Shown here piece after piece: positions 42,747-57,744 of a DNA stretch of 64,000 nucleotides. This DNA comes from Octopus sinensis. Taxonomy: Eukaryota. A program made the position numbers and the translations under genes. Numbering within the stretch: position 1 is the first letter of the stretch; every line of letters starts with the position of its first letter. The notes beneath the pieces are model-generated. The model did no database searches. It was not told the origin of the DNA and saw nothing but the letters and a program-made list of their open reading frames with translations. Location: positions 109,678,001 to 109,742,000 of the forward strand of contig NC_042998.1 of NCBI RefSeq assembly GCF_006345805.1. The letters run 5' to 3'.

Positions 42747-43107
42747 ATACATATCCATACATATACATATATGGATATGTATATACTGACATATAATATG
42801 TATAGTAACTAGGGAAAGTATAGGACAATGTTCGGGCGATTCATAAGTCATTTTAGCATTTCATTAGTAAACTTTTGCAGATGCAATTTTCTTTTTATAG
42901 ATTTATTATAATTATAGATAATACTATGATGCTATCTTGTAAAGTGTATTTATTAAGATAAAAGAACATTAATTTCTCTTCAAATGGTACGACATAATAG
43001 TAATCTTGTTCATTTGTCCAGGCATAACAAGTTCAGCTGTTGACGTCGGTCATTTTGACTGGCTCTATGTATGGCAGGGCAGTAGACCAGCTATCTTGGA
43101 ATTTCTG

Positions 43108-43118
<11 letters not shown>
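42747..43118 (+). repeat. Direct duplication, copy 2
   Basis: Matches 41550-41920 at an offset of about 1197 bp. Confidence 0.9.
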
Positions 43119-43192
<74 letters not shown>

Positions 43193-43247
43193 TATATATA
43201 TATATATTATATATATATATATCAATATATATATATATATATATATA

Positions 43248-43406
43248 TACGACGGGCTTCTTTAAGTTTCCGTCTACCAAATCCACTCACAAGGCTTGGT
43301 CGGCCCGAGGCTCTAGTAGAAAACATTTGCCCAAGATCTTACGCAGTGGGACTGAGCCCAGAATCATGTGGTTGGCAAGCAAGCTACTTACCACACAGCC
43401 ACTCCT
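43248..43406 (-). mobile_element. SINE family B head
   Basis: acgacgggcttctttaagtttccgtctaccaaatccactcacaagg...gcagtgggactgagccc...cttaccacacagccactcc. Confidence 0.85.
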
Positions 43407-43464
43407 ACAAGATTCTTGATGTGAATTCGTGTGTTGAATTTGTGTCTCATTTAACACACACATA

Positions 43465-43535
<71 letters not shown>

Positions 43536-44379
43536 TTAGAGGTGTTTAAAGCCTCTAAGAGATGGTTAAGTTCAAAGGCGTTCCTGGTGAGCTGCGTAGG
43601 TACAGTTCTTGGTAAAAGATGTACGGTAGCAGATAATTCAGCAGGTAAACCGTAGTTTAAATTAGATACAAGAAGAAAACGGAGGGAAAATAACAGGAAG
43701 AAGTTGGTCGTTTGCACTAGTAAGACATTAATTTAATTGATTAAGAAAAGTGGTAGTAATAGTAATATATATATATATATATACCATGTTGGACTAATAC
43801 TTAATTTATAACAATAGGCTTCTCTTCATTCAGTTGTGGTATCTATACTTGTTTTGCCCTCTTCATCTCCATCTATTCTTTGCGGGATGCCACTTCTGCG
43901 TAGGTATAGCTCCTGCGTTATAGATGAGTGCATTTCATATAGTATTATGTTTCGATATGAAGTTGCAGTTGGTTTGCTTATCCCAGTAAAGTTCAGCTGC
44001 AGACCATAGGTATTTGTTATTGAAGCATGTACATACACAAAGGTGGTGCTCTACCATGACCGCAGCTTTAAAGCTGAAACAATTGAAAGCATTTAATTTG
44101 AAATATATTCTTTATTTACCTAAGTTTTCCTAAATTAACTCAATATCCTGTTTATTTTTGCTGTCGTTCCTGTTGTTGTGGTTGGCATTTCTGTCTGTTA
44201 TACAGATTTCTATTTTGTAAATCTTTTTATCGTTATGATATTCATTGTTATTGCTGATAAAATATTTGGGGGTTGATAAAATAAAGTACCAATCAAATTT
44301 GGGATCAATGGAATCATCTAACGCCATCCTCTTAAAACTGTTGGCTTTCAGCTTAAATTAGAAACCGTTATTATCAAAA

Positions 44380-44550
44380 TACTTAGCGGCTTTTCTTCCG
44401 GCTTTTTACGTTCTGAGTTCAAATTCCACCGATATCGACTTTGCCTCACATCCTTTCAGGGTTAATGAAATAAATACCAGCTGAGGAGTTGGATGGGTGT
44501 AATTGACTAGGTTCCTCCCATTAAAATTGTTGGCCTTGTCGTAAAATTCT
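44380..44550 (+). mobile_element. SINE family A fragment
   Basis: tacgttctgagttcaaattccaccgatatcgactttgcctcacatcctttcagggttaatgaaataaataccag. Confidence 0.75.
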
Positions 44551-44649
44551 AAAAAGCTTCAACAATTTATGCCTTTTGTACAGCATCACCATGTGTACCG
44601 CTGTGTTCCAGATGTGTGCAGCATTGTCTTTTGAGTATATTCAATTGAA

Positions 44650-45200
44650 CTTGTATACTGCATTAAATTTCTTTGTTGTGGGATTCGTTTTGATTTTCTG
44701 TTGTTAGTTCAGCGTTACGTACGTTGTGTAAAGTAGTTGTTGTCCTATTCCACTGGAGATTTGGGTAGAGTACGTGCTGTGTTTTAATATCCAGTGATGA
44801 ATGTAGACGGTATGTGCTGTGTACAGGGAGTGTACAGTTAGAATTGTGCTATTGAAATGAACGTATCTTGAGTAGAATGTGTGCTATATGTAGCAGGGCT
44901 CCTTTTGAACTGTGTGTAAACTCGGTAGCCCTGATATGTGTTTTTTTAAGAATTAAACATTTCTTTACCATATATAGTGTTCTACTAATTGGTACTATTA
45001 ACAGCTTACTCCCATAACGTGCATATTTCACTTTAACAATCTTTGTACTGTGACAGATTATCCATCCTTTTCCAAGCGACGTCTTGATCAGCCGGGACCA
45101 AAATATTTACTATGTATCATGTACTATAGTTACTTTTGAGTTGTTCTTTTCCTTTTTCTTGATATTATTAATGGTTTGAGTGCCAGTCAAAGAACCTTGT
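44650..45200 (-). mobile_element. Very old R4/Dong-type LINE 3' end (RLE domain); possible further remnants at 43826-44260
   Basis: Frameshifted minus-strand reading IVNILVPADQDVAWKRMDNLSQYKD...LLIVPI...VQKGALLHIAHILLKIRSFQ* resembles the RLE C-terminus (IDV.IP.D.N...KE.EK..KYKDL...IQK.ALLGTAHILR). Confidence 0.6.
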
Positions 45201-46164
45201 AGTACTTGCTCTAGCTTTTTACGTTTTGGATATATATAGCTCACCAAGGACAACTTTATTTTTCATGGCTCCCATGATATTAAATACCAGTAAAATACTG
45301 AATTAATACAATCTTCTATCATTACTAATACTACTAGTACTAAAGATGTTAGTGTGAATCGGAAATTTACAAGCCTGAGATTTATCTATATAAAACCTCT
45401 TTGTATTCCAGTCTAATTGTTGTGGTTGCAAATTGATATATGTTACTGAGAGTACATAGAAAAACTTAATAAGTTTAACAGCTCTGAATATAACTACTTA
45501 ACTTTTTACTGATATAAATAATACCTCCCGTTATCTGCTTCACACTCCTTAATAATGACAGCACAGAATTTACTGCTCCATAAGGTGTAATATATTAAAT
45601 CAACATTTTCTTACGTTTTGTATACAATAATGCCTAATTCCTGCTCTCAAAACTGATGAACTTTTACTCCAAAATTTCCTTGTCATTGATAAGGCCATAT
45701 CATTCGGGTTTAGATCAAAATTTCATTTATTTTATTTTGACGTTTCTAGTTTTGCGAAGAAGTCTAAAAACATCATAAATAACAGATTAATAACGGAGGT
45801 AAATATTGTTTCCCAAGCTCAAACTCATAATTCTTCGCAAAGTTGATAAGTGAATCAAGACAGTAATTAATAAAACACCAAAGTGGCCTTAATATTACAG
45901 TTTGCACATAAACTTGAACGTCAGACTGCACGCATACACACAAATATACGTAAACACACACACAAGGTTAACCTATTGACATTGGTGGATTTCCACAGGC
46001 ATGTATGCTGTGAACACACTTCCCAGGTCGATTCAGCATGATAATGTGGAATAAATAGACCTTTGAGTTACAAGTACAATCCACAAAGAGGGAGAGAGAT
46101 AGAGAGAGAGACAGAGAGAAAGAAAGAAAGAGATGGAGAATGAGAAAAAGAGAAATTAACACAT

Positions 46165-46250
46165 CAACGCAAGAACTGGATTGGTACTTCCTTTATCGAC
46201 CCAGAAAGGATGAAAGGCAAAGTTGAGCTTGGTAGGACTTGAACGCAGAG
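46165..46250 (-). mobile_element. SINE family A core fragment
   Basis: ggtacttcctttatcgacccagaaaggatgaaaggcaaagttgagcttggtaggacttgaac. Confidence 0.7.
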
Positions 46251-47344
46251 TGTTGAGATGCAAAATATATTCCACAAAACATTCTGGACGATACTAAAAC
46301 GATCCTATCAAGTCGCCATCTTTATTGGGAGTTCCAATCATTTTACTTTACTGAGATATAATATTATTATAAATATAGTTTTTTGTTGTCATGTACAATT
46401 GTTCTCCTCCAAATATTTCATAATTCTACTTTGGCATCTTTTCTCAGCATTGCTTCTAGTTCAAAAGAAAACTTTGAATAGTCATGGGTATTCGTTCGAA
46501 GAGATGACAAATAGTAATTTTCGGAGTGAGTTTGAAACATGCTATGTGTTAATAATTTACGTAATGTTGTTCTTTATTCCCACCTTTAACAAGTTTCATC
46601 CTCAACAAGGCATTTCACTGAACATGAATTCGTGATTTCATAATGTATCTTTATACACTGTTCTGTTGTTAATATTTCCATCGAATTTGGTCTACCCTTT
46701 TTTCTTTTTTTCCTTCTCATAGCTGTTATCGTCATCATCATTATCACTGTCGTTGTTATTGTTTAGTTCTAAGCCACAGATACATTTTCAATGTATCCTC
46801 TCCTTTGTTCAAGTACGTAATACTTGAGTGAAGTTTGGTAGTTATATTTAGTATTTCAAGCAATTGCGTATAGGATCGTTTCTGCGTTTGTTCATCCAGT
46901 GTTATCCTTATAACGCAGAACCTTTCATTATGATATCCATTAGACATTTTGGGCTCATTAACAATCCTCTACAGACTTTCATTGGTTTTTATATTTCAGA
47001 GTGATAAAGGAGTACTTTTGGTTTCAAAGAAAAGTCATATGTTATGCTCTCAACAATTCGGGGTCCATTCATATTTTACTAGTTATGACTATCAATTGTT
47101 ACAAAACAGTTTTGATTAAATTGTGAAATATTTCATGGGATATTTCCACGCTGGTTATCTTTGTGAAGGTTCCGTGGCACTCTGAAAAGTGTTTTCCGAA
47201 GCACTTTGTTTTATATGCTTCGTGACATTTCTACTACAAAGAAACACTATCTCTTTCTTATCCTCTTTCTGTATTGCCCCTTATTTCTCCGATTAGGCAA
47301 GCGACTGTATATTGCTGTTGTTATTGTTGTTGTTGTTGTTGTTG

Positions 47345-47398
<54 letters not shown>

Positions 47399-48411
47399 TA
47401 TTATTATTATTATTATTACTAATATTAATGTTATCATTGATATTATTATTATTATTAGTGTAGTGATAGTATTAGTATTAATATTATTATTATTGCCATG
47501 TCTGATCCGATTATATGCTTTTTATATCACAGAAATATCGGGAATATCATTCGTAACTTTCAACGATATAATTTCCATACACTCACACTTCCGCGCTAAA
47601 AGTTAATTTTGTCGCATTTCAAAGCTATTGCCATTCATGTCTCATTGTTATTTCATTGTTATTTTATGATATAGCAACCTTATTGTATCATATAAATTTT
47701 ATTAAAAATACTAATGCACTTGTTTTCAGAACATCTTATTAACATATAAAATATTTTAAGAGAAATGAAGGAAAAATGTTAATATTTCCGTTTTGTATAT
47801 TATTGCAAATTTAACAAAACTAATGGGTATTTTGTTTCATGTAATTTCATCAATATAAAACAGATTTTCCAACCTGTATTAGTTTTGCAGTGAAAATTCG
47901 CAAAGGAAACGAGAAAATATCGCAAATAATATAAATGATTAGTACCAAATTCTGAATATGCAACTTAAGTCGTTAAAAGTTTCAAAATTTAAAAGAAAGA
48001 AACAGTTAAATAAAAAAAAATAACAGCAACAGCACCATCACCATCACTAACAATAACAACTACGAAATATGAAGTATGAGACATGTTATCAGATTCTTCC
48101 GCCATATATTTAAGTAACGAAATAGACAAAAGAGAATGAAAATAAAAACAGTTTTGAAACGTAAGCATTAAATAAAGTGAGCCCAATTTCTCTATGGATT
48201 TCTATCGGATAAAATTTAGATCACGTTTACATCTAAAATATTATATATAATATGATACGATATGATATTATTTGACATAATATAATGTTATATCATAGTG
48301 AAGAAATGATAGCTAAATCACGTATAAGTAGTACGATTACAACTGAGAAGCTGAGATTTATGATGTGATGAATGTTAAAAAAATAACAAAATTTTCCTAC
48401 ACACTCATTAT

Positions 48412-48464
<53 letters not shown>

Positions 48465-48613
48465 ATAAAACTACATACACACGAACATATATATATGTAT
48501 ATATATGTGTGTGTGTAAGTGTGTGCGCGCGTGTGTGCGTACGTGTGTGTATTTGTATGTACGTATACACTCATACACATGCACACATGTATCAGTACGT
48601 GGGTTGTTCTATG

Positions 48614-48655
<42 letters not shown>

Positions 48656-49038
48656 TACATATATATATAAAATATAAACTGAGAATAATAGGCCGAATTT
48701 TAATTTATACGATAAAATCAATGTGGCTCTTCTACACGGTCATTAAGTGTCTGTACAGACATACACACACACATACACACAGAAACACACACACACACTC
48801 AAACGCTTTTATTCCCTCTCTAACTCGCACTTATAAACGTGTGAGGTGTATGAAGTTATGCAAAAATAAATAAATAAATAAAAAGAGAATAAATAGCCGA
48901 ATTTTACTTTATGTAATTTCCATTTAAAGAACCGAAGATATTTATATTGGACTGATGATTTCGCAACGCACAGTGAAGTTTTTATATAAAAAACAATCAA
49001 AAAATTAATATATATATATATATATACATATATATATG

Positions 49039-49069
<31 letters not shown>

Positions 49070-49118
49070 CATGCATAAATACATATGTACATACATACAC
49101 ACACATATATGTATATAT

Positions 49119-49164
<46 letters not shown>

Positions 49165-49640
49165 TACATAGATGTATACTCAGGTACAGGTGTAGCAAAG
49201 CTATTAGCGTACACTTTGGCAAATGATATTATTTCGCTCAAATATCTCTGAATCTCAGATCGACATAATGTGACATATATTGTTATTGAAGCTTAGAGAA
49301 ATAATGCTGCATGTGTTTTTATACAAATATCTTCGAACTTTTGATTGCTTGTATGAATATATGGTTATTCCCTGTTTATGAAGTTTTAAAAGGATACATG
49401 TCTACATATCTACACATCAGTATATGTTTATAACATAAGCATTGTTAATTTCCTCATTAGATATATTGATACATTTACAATCATTGCATATGCACTTCCT
49501 CTCTCTCGCACACTCACACACACATATAAATACACATATTGCACACGCACACACACATATATGTATATAATATATACACACATGTATAGACAAACATATA
49601 CATATAAGTATGTATATATATATGTATATATATATATATA

Positions 49641-49716
<76 letters not shown>

Positions 49717-51091
49717 TATTATGAGAAAGCTATACACCATTTACGGAATAATAGATCACATGCTGCCAGGTTTACAACGGCGCAATTTAGAAAAACCACC
49801 TTTCAACAAAATAAAAATGTCTTCGACTGGCGTATAAAGCAAAGCATACAAAACGACTCTGGATTTCTTGCGTCGATTTAAAAATATGAAATGAAATCAT
49901 TAGTATATAGGGCACGATTTACTTGGCGATTGAGCGTTGTAGATGTCTTTCCCTTTTATCACTTCCTTTTATTTACCGGATAGGAATACGGCGATTGAAA
50001 GGCGCGAAAAGGAGGCAAAAGGAATTGAAGAAAGCAGACGAGATGGGTGGCCGCAAGCAGGATATTACAATGTCTTTGTAAAATTATAAATTCTTAACTA
50101 GTCCAAATCTCGATATAGCACCTTTTGGTCTAATATATTTTTGTTCTTTATATTTGTAACGTCAGATCATCAGGTGTTCTCAGGGAAGACTAGATCTTGT
50201 ACATAAAATAGCAGGATCTGTAAGAAGGGATAATAAATTCAAGTCAATATTAGATAAAATATTTTAAAAAGAAATTCGTGCTAATCATTGAATTTCATTA
50301 CTGATTACAAAATAAATCTTTAAAATACTAATCTCGCCTAATAATAAACGAAAAAGGCCTTCATACATGTACACATTAAAGTGAACTTGACTTATGCTCT
50401 GATGTAATTTATTTAGTAATTATATCTAAATGACCAATTTTTATTATTTAAGTAAAAACGTTGTGCTTTAAAAGGTTAAAAATAGAAAATGGAGAGATTT
50501 TTAATAGCTTCTCATTAATGATCATATTCAAAATGACAAGCGTATATCTTGTAATCTTCCATTTTCCAGCATACTAAATAAATTTGATTGAATATGACAC
50601 TTCGAATTATAAGTTTCTTCTGTCAATAAGTTATTATTTTTTTTTTACTTCTGCTCAATAATTTCTTTTACGTTTAAGATGGATTCAACAAAACTCCATT
50701 CAGTATATCTGTCCCGATTAGAACAGTTACAGAAAGTTTCTGACTTTGGGAAGAAAAAAATAGGAGAGCAAAAAATGGCTGGAAAAGTTCATTCTTTCTT
50801 GAAAGCTAGCATGATAAACAGAGTTAATTGCTTAACGGTTGGCAATCAGAGATATGTATTATATGGCATTTAAAGATTTTATGGTAATGTTGAACTAGAA
50901 AAGGTTACTCTGATTTTTTTGAAAGATTATTTCAGAAGGCACAATCTACCTAACCAAAATAAATAGCCACTCCTAGTCCTTTACAAAATGAGAACACATC
51001 ATTGAAAGTATTTAATATGTTTAGACTTATAAGAGATTTCTGATAAAACGCTCTTACTTTCTGTAACTATTTCATATATAAATTATATTAA

Positions 51092-51529
<438 letters not shown>

Positions 51530-51551
51530 GTGGGCATATGGCGGAATTCAT

Positions 51552-51645
51552 GGGCATATGGCGTAGTGGTTAAGAGCGCAGGCTACTAAGCCCGAGATTC
51601 CGATTTCGATCCCAAGCAGTGAGCTGAATAATAATAATAATAATA

Positions 51646-51707
<62 letters not shown>

Positions 51708-51808
51708 TTTCCCAAGACACCTGATGAAGGCTGGATGGTACATCAGCCGAAACGTTGTGTTAACAACAAAAAAATGAGGACAGATATCCTTCAAATGTAA
51801 ATAATGTA
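51552..51808 (+). mobile_element. tRNA-head/(AAT)n/hammerhead-tail element, right copy
   Basis: gggcatatggcgtagtggttaagagcgc (A-box TGGCGTAGTGG), atttcgatccc (B-box-like), (AAT)n 51627-51705, then the HHR-containing tail. Confidence 0.8.
51716..51761 (+). ncRNA. Minimal type I hammerhead ribozyme motif (Penelope-type)
   Basis: Stem I gacac/gtgtt; core CTGATGA (51721-51727) plus an extra A; stem II ggct-g-gatg/catc-agcc; GAAA (51749-51752); palindromic stem III ACGT; cleavage triplet GTT. Confidence 0.75.
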
Positions 51809-54539
51809 TATGTTGTATTGTTATTAAATTTAGTTTATGACTGATTAAAACTTTTGCTTAGATATTTCATTAAGAGGTTCCTTAAAAATGTAATTTGTGT
51901 CAAATATTTAACCAAAATTTTCTTCAAAATAATTTCTGCCTGAAGGATACGTAAAACTCTTAACCAGGTATTTCCAACTTTTTTAATTTTTTGCGTTCAT
52001 TAGCAAAAAAAAAAAAAAAAACTAAACCAAAGCCCCCCCTCCCCCCAAAAAAATAAAAGCAAAAAACCCAAAATCAAAAACAAAACAAAACAAAGACGAA
52101 GAATAATGTATGTGTCCTCAAAGATAGCTTATAAATTAAGCAAGTTTACAGAGAAATAATTTCGGAGTTTACTAAAAGTAGCTCTTACCATTTACATCCA
52201 TTTGATTCCACCCATACTCGATAAAACATTCTTAGTTTTTTCGGCGAAAACCATTATTCTCTAAAATAAAAAAAATTAAAATCCTGTTGGAGAGTATGTA
52301 GTTTTGAAATGATACTTGGTTTATGCTATATTGCCATATTGACAGCAAGGCAATAGATGACAAACAGAAAAAAAAACAACAAAATGTAATGCTTATTATT
52401 TAAGCTAAAATATTATATGAAAGGAACAATACTAGACAAGAATAGAAAAGGTAAAAGCTAAATTCAAGCAAAAGTAGCAGTTTTAGAGAAGGAATATTCC
52501 ATCAAGATATCCTTATCATCATATTTGATGGAGAGCAATAAGAGAGTGTTATATTTAAGCTGCAGTTTGATTAGTTGCCATAAATTGTTTTGTTTCTGGT
52601 AAGCATTAAAAGCACACAAGAAGTAATTTAAATGAATACACGACAATAATAATATAACAATATCAAGGAAGACAACCAAACGGTAAAGTTCAAGAATACA
52701 ATGCAGACTAAGACAGTTTAGGATTACAGATTATAGGAAGACTATAAACGATAATAGGAAGTAATGGCAGAGGACAAAATCCATAAACAAAAACGATGAC
52801 AGTATTCGTATTGAACAATGGACAACAAAGGAAAGATATTTACATTTTCCCCTCCATATTTTCCTCTTTATCAGCGTCTGTCTCCGAAATGTTGTCAACA
52901 CTTTCTTTATTTGCATCCTCTTCAGTGGTTATCTTGGTTTTCTTTGTCGACAGTCCTTGATATTTCTCCCCAACTGAACAGAATAGAGCAACAACATGAT
53001 ACAATAACAAGAACATTCTGAACGTGACACATTCACCAGACATGAAGAAAGGATTCTGAAAAATAAATTTACTATTTCACACCTCAATCGTCTATTGAAA
53101 AAGAAGTTTTAACAAATTTAAGACCAAACTATAAATTTAATGAGTTGAATAATATTTTAAATACCAAGAGCATTGATTATATATTTATTTAGTAAATCAA
53201 ATGTTGAATTTATACATTCGCATTAGTTGTGTTATTATATAAGCACAAATATAAACGACGACAAATATAAACGAATGACCAAAAAATTGGATCTGTATTG
53301 TATAGCCTGTCCAGTAAGTGAGCCTTTCTTTTTAAATAATTTGCTGTGTTATTTAATTTTATATATAATTTGCTGTGTTATTTAATTTTATATATAATGA
53401 CTCTAAATAATTACTTGTCGGTTTAAAAATAAGTGTATTAACTACCAACTAGAAATCAATGCATTTAAATTTCAATCTACTTTAAGCTGTAGTTTGAAAC
53501 AAAACTGCACGATCGATCTCATGCTGGGGCACCTTCTTCACAAAATAAGGACGATTCTGGTGGAAATGATTTTGGAGTGAAAATCGCTTCCGAGTTTTCA
53601 AATTACGCATATTTAATAATTTATTTTCAATTAAAATTTTGACTTGAATGTAGAATCTAATGTGAGTTGTAAAATAATATCATTAAGCTATATCAAAATG
53701 ATATTATGACACTAAATAAATATTGTCATATCTTTAAATTTCATCTTATATTGAAATAAAGAGGAGTTTACAAACATGAAAACATTTGTCAAGACGCACG
53801 TAAATACATGGAAGTATAACAATATGATTTGGATTGAAATATGAGATATCAGGTGACATGAGACATCTTTGTATGAGAAATAAGTTCTCGATAAAAAAAT
53901 GTGTGGATCTGTTGCAAAAGAAAATACCATTCTTCAATGTTTCTTAATGTAGTGTTTAACTGCCACGATTGATTTAGAATCAAAGCTAGTTTATACTTCT
54001 GTAAGGTGATCCACAGACTAAAGAAAACAACTACTGGTGCAAATATAGCTTTTAAATAGAACTGGCTGAAAATGAATTAGAAACATTATACATAAATAAT
54101 TCAGATCTTTAACAATGGCGCAGATACATTTAGCTGACAGTTAAAGCTAATTTCCTGTTGTGCATATTTATCATTTTTTATAAAAAGAATATCGTATCAT
54201 ACAAATATGTGCTGTATAAATTCTACTAAATAATTTGTTTGTGATCTTTATCAAAAGAGGTCATGGAAATGTGTCAAATATATTCTCTACTGAAGGCAGC
54301 AGAAACAGCTATGCCCACGACTCGGCATACACAATATGCGTACACATACATTGATATACACAAGCATACATACATGCATACATACATACATACATACATA
54401 CATACATACATACACACACACATAGGCACACACACACACATGCAACTCTACCTTAGACAAAAACTAACGAAACAAATTAACTGGTACTTGATCCTCCTAA
54501 AAGACTGAAAATGGGTCAACATCTGCCAGAAGAGGCGTA

Positions 54540-57500
54540 AAAAATAACGTAAATAAACCACTGCTCCCGCCATTGCTAAATTAGAGTATGTCTCCAAACT
54601 GTGGAATACATCCAACTCAAAAGCACTTTCAAATTACAATTCGCAAAATATTTTGCTACTTTCTCAAAGCTTTTGTTGAGCAAAAGACTATTCCCAACAA
54701 GAGTGAGAAAAAATCCGACCGATCTAATATCAACTATCTTGTTGGAGGGCACATGGAATCATGTGATGTTAATTACTGGAATAACAACTACTGGTGCAAA
54801 TATAGCGTTTAAATAAAACTCTTATTAATACTCTTATAAACACATCCGTTATTACTCTTAAAGAACACCTAGGAGAAATCTACAGTGAACAAAGTAACGA
54901 AATTACTAAACGGAAACAACCTAGATGGAAAACAAAACTCGAAGAAAACATCAATAACGATGATTAACTACAACAATAAAACGTAAGGAAAAAAATGAGT
55001 TTACACCTCACCAACTCTACCTTAGACAAAAACTAACGAAACTTTATGGCAACTCTTCACACCGAGCCCTTGAGGGAAAGCCAATCACTTCAAAACTTGA
55101 AATCAGGACGATGAGCGAGAAACTCTGTTATCACAAACGAATTTTGAGTGAGTCAGAATCAATCGTAAGTTTGTTTCCAACCCACAAACGTTGTCCAGAG
55201 AGATGAGGAAGGAAAATATTACCATTAAGAAAGCTCTTTCCTAAGAAGATCTACAATCATTTTGGTAAAAAATCTGGAACGAAATGAGGGGTTTCAACTT
55301 GAATGGATCATGGTTAAATACAGCTGAGAGAGAATACTGTACCAACACTAACAGTAAAACATACAAAATTGGTACGGAAACCTTCGCTATAGCAGCAGGC
55401 AAACTGCAGAATGGAAAGGCATCTGGAAGGGACTTAATAGTTGGATATTGGTACAAGAAGCTGACATTTTATAGAAACCAATTGTTATATATGTTCAAAA
55501 GGACTATGGAAGGTCAGACTGATATACGAAATTGGACAAATCTTGTTGCCAAAAATGAAATCACCGAGGAAACTACAGGACCATTGCTTGCCTAAACTTT
55601 ATGTACAAACTGTACAGAAGTTGCCCCAACCAATTCCTGCTGGACCATTGTGAGTCGAACCACACTGTGACTGATGAACAGGCTGGTGGAAAGAATAGAG
55701 CGTTGAGATGTGCTGAAAAACTTTTAATAAACAAAGCTGTATTGTCTGAAGTAAGAAAACAACGCAGAAACCTTGTGAAAGTATGGCTTGACTATAAGAA
55801 GGCATTCGACTATATTCCTCATTCATGGCTATTGAAGTGCCTACATCTGGCAAAAGAAACTACTACCTTAATTTCTGCTATAGAGGGACTCACAAAGACA
55901 TGGACAACTATTCTTACCATTATAACTGAGAACAGAATAATTGTTTTTGATATTATAGGCATTATATAGGGAACATTCCAGGGAGATAGTCTTTCTGTAC
56001 TTCTTTTCATTTTGGCACTGAATCCATTATTGTTCCAATTTTAGAAAACAAATGGTTACATGTTAGGATCTTCGACTGCTAGAAATATCAATGTAACTCA
56101 TAATTTCTTTGTAGACGATCTGAAAATTTATGCTAAAAATGTTAACAATGCCAAAATACAACTGGAATTAATAACAATATTTTCAGCTGATATAACCATG
56201 GAATTTGGCTAAAAGAAATATTCATACTTCGTTATTGAACGTGGAAAATCAGTCCCCCAAACTCAAAACTTGTGCATCAACGGTCTCTCTATCTCCCCCA
56301 TTCCACACAAAGAATGTTACAAGTACATAGGCATAGATGAAAATATATCATACGAAAGCACTGTGAATAAAGGTAGAGTGATCCAAGAATATTACATCAG
56401 ACTTAGTAAAATATGACAGTCGGAACTCTCCTCTTACAACGAAACAATATCCCACAATGCATTTGCAATACCAGTGCTGATCCCAACATTTGGGATACTT
56501 GATTGGTCTGTGGAAGAAAAATCCACCCCATAGACATAAAAACCCGCATAATCCTGACAACAAATGGGAACTTCCACAGAGGCACTACCTAAGAAGAAAT
56601 GAAAGTAGTAGAGGCTGAGGTTAGCGCACACGGCCTTCGAATGCCGTATGGTATCACCCAGGCTAAACAACAGCAGCAAAAATAAATATGTTAGTGCAGT
56701 CCAGAAAAGTGAAGTGAGCAACATTGTACAAGTTGGCAGTGAACTCCCCAAGAAACACTATCGTCCTGATGATCTCCTAGACAGCCCCAAAACAGCTGGG
56801 CTCTCTTACCCCAGAGAAGACCTAGATGGAAAGCACTCAACATAAAAAAAAAGACCATGCATGTTTATGTTGCCCGGAAGCTTGAAAAATACAGTAGAAT
56901 TGACACGGAGCACAACCTCTCTTGTACACAAGACCACTACATCACATTACACTTTGAAGGCTATGCTATGCGCTTGCAATCCAGGAACAAGATATTGTTA
57001 CGAAGTACCTAGTGAACAAGAAAGACAGTGATGCTCTTGTAATGCCAAGATGCAACCACATGTGTAGGCTATGTCATACTTTTGTGGAAGACATTACGCA
57101 TGTGATTAGCAGCTGCCCTAAAATGTCGTCACGATATTACCTCCCTATGTGGCACGATATTGTTAAAACAGTTTACAATGCCATCCGCAAAAAAGACTGT
57201 CCTGAAACACACTGAGAAAATCCCTCTGTTATGGAATGCATTCATAAGCATCAACTCAAGGAATACCGGTGGAATATTCCCATCAATCCTTCTGTCAAAT
57301 GTAATCATAACATCCCAGATGTTGTTATTTGAGACAGAGGGTAAAAGGTAGGTACCATCATAGAGGTTAGCTGCCCTGCAGATACATATATCTCTTTGAA
57401 AATCAAAGAAAAGGAAGATATCTATGGATAACTGCTTCGAAACCTCCAGCTCCTTTATCTAGACTATGAATACATATTCATACTAATAATAATTGGAGCC

Positions 57501-57690
57501 CTAGGTTTTGTTAGTAAATGCTTAGAGGAGAATTTGACCGACTGATTCGTTCATTACAAGTGCAATTTGTGAGTGGAACAGTAAAAATATGCAAGACTTT
57601 TCTCAAGTTCCAAAGATGGAGCTTTGTATCTCTGTTGGAAACCGGCTTCCCGCTGAGTGGAAGATTTTTGATAATTAAAAAGTAGAAGGG

Positions 57691-57692
<2 letters not shown>
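54540..57692 (+). mobile_element. Degenerate R4/Dong-clade RLE LINE with 3' end abutting (CA)n
   Basis: KASGRDLIVGYWYKKL, EQAGGK..A..CAEKLLINK, WLDYKKAFDYIPHSW, FQGDSLSVLLFILALNPL, THNFFVDDLKIY, CCHC knuckle CRLCHTFVEDITHVISSCP, RLE PDVVI..IIEVSCPAD...KEKEDIYG; many stops and frameshifts. The 5' boundary is uncertain. Confidence 0.85.
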
Positions 57693-57731
<39 letters not shown>

Positions 57732-57744
57732 TACCTTGGTATTG

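Noticed and set aside
51552-51629. Functional tRNA gene (apparent ACT anticodon)
   Set aside because: Acceptor and T stems pair poorly, the two copies differ, and the head is fused to (AAT)n and a repeat tail; it is a tRNA-derived head.
52840-53043. 67-aa minus-strand ORF with a hydrophobic stretch, acidic tail and upstream acceptor-like tttttcag
   Set aside because: No homology recognised; the neighbourhood may be decayed retroelement sequence; insufficient to call an exon.
53336-53393. 29-bp tandem duplication
   Set aside because: Real but an ordinary slippage event with no further structure.
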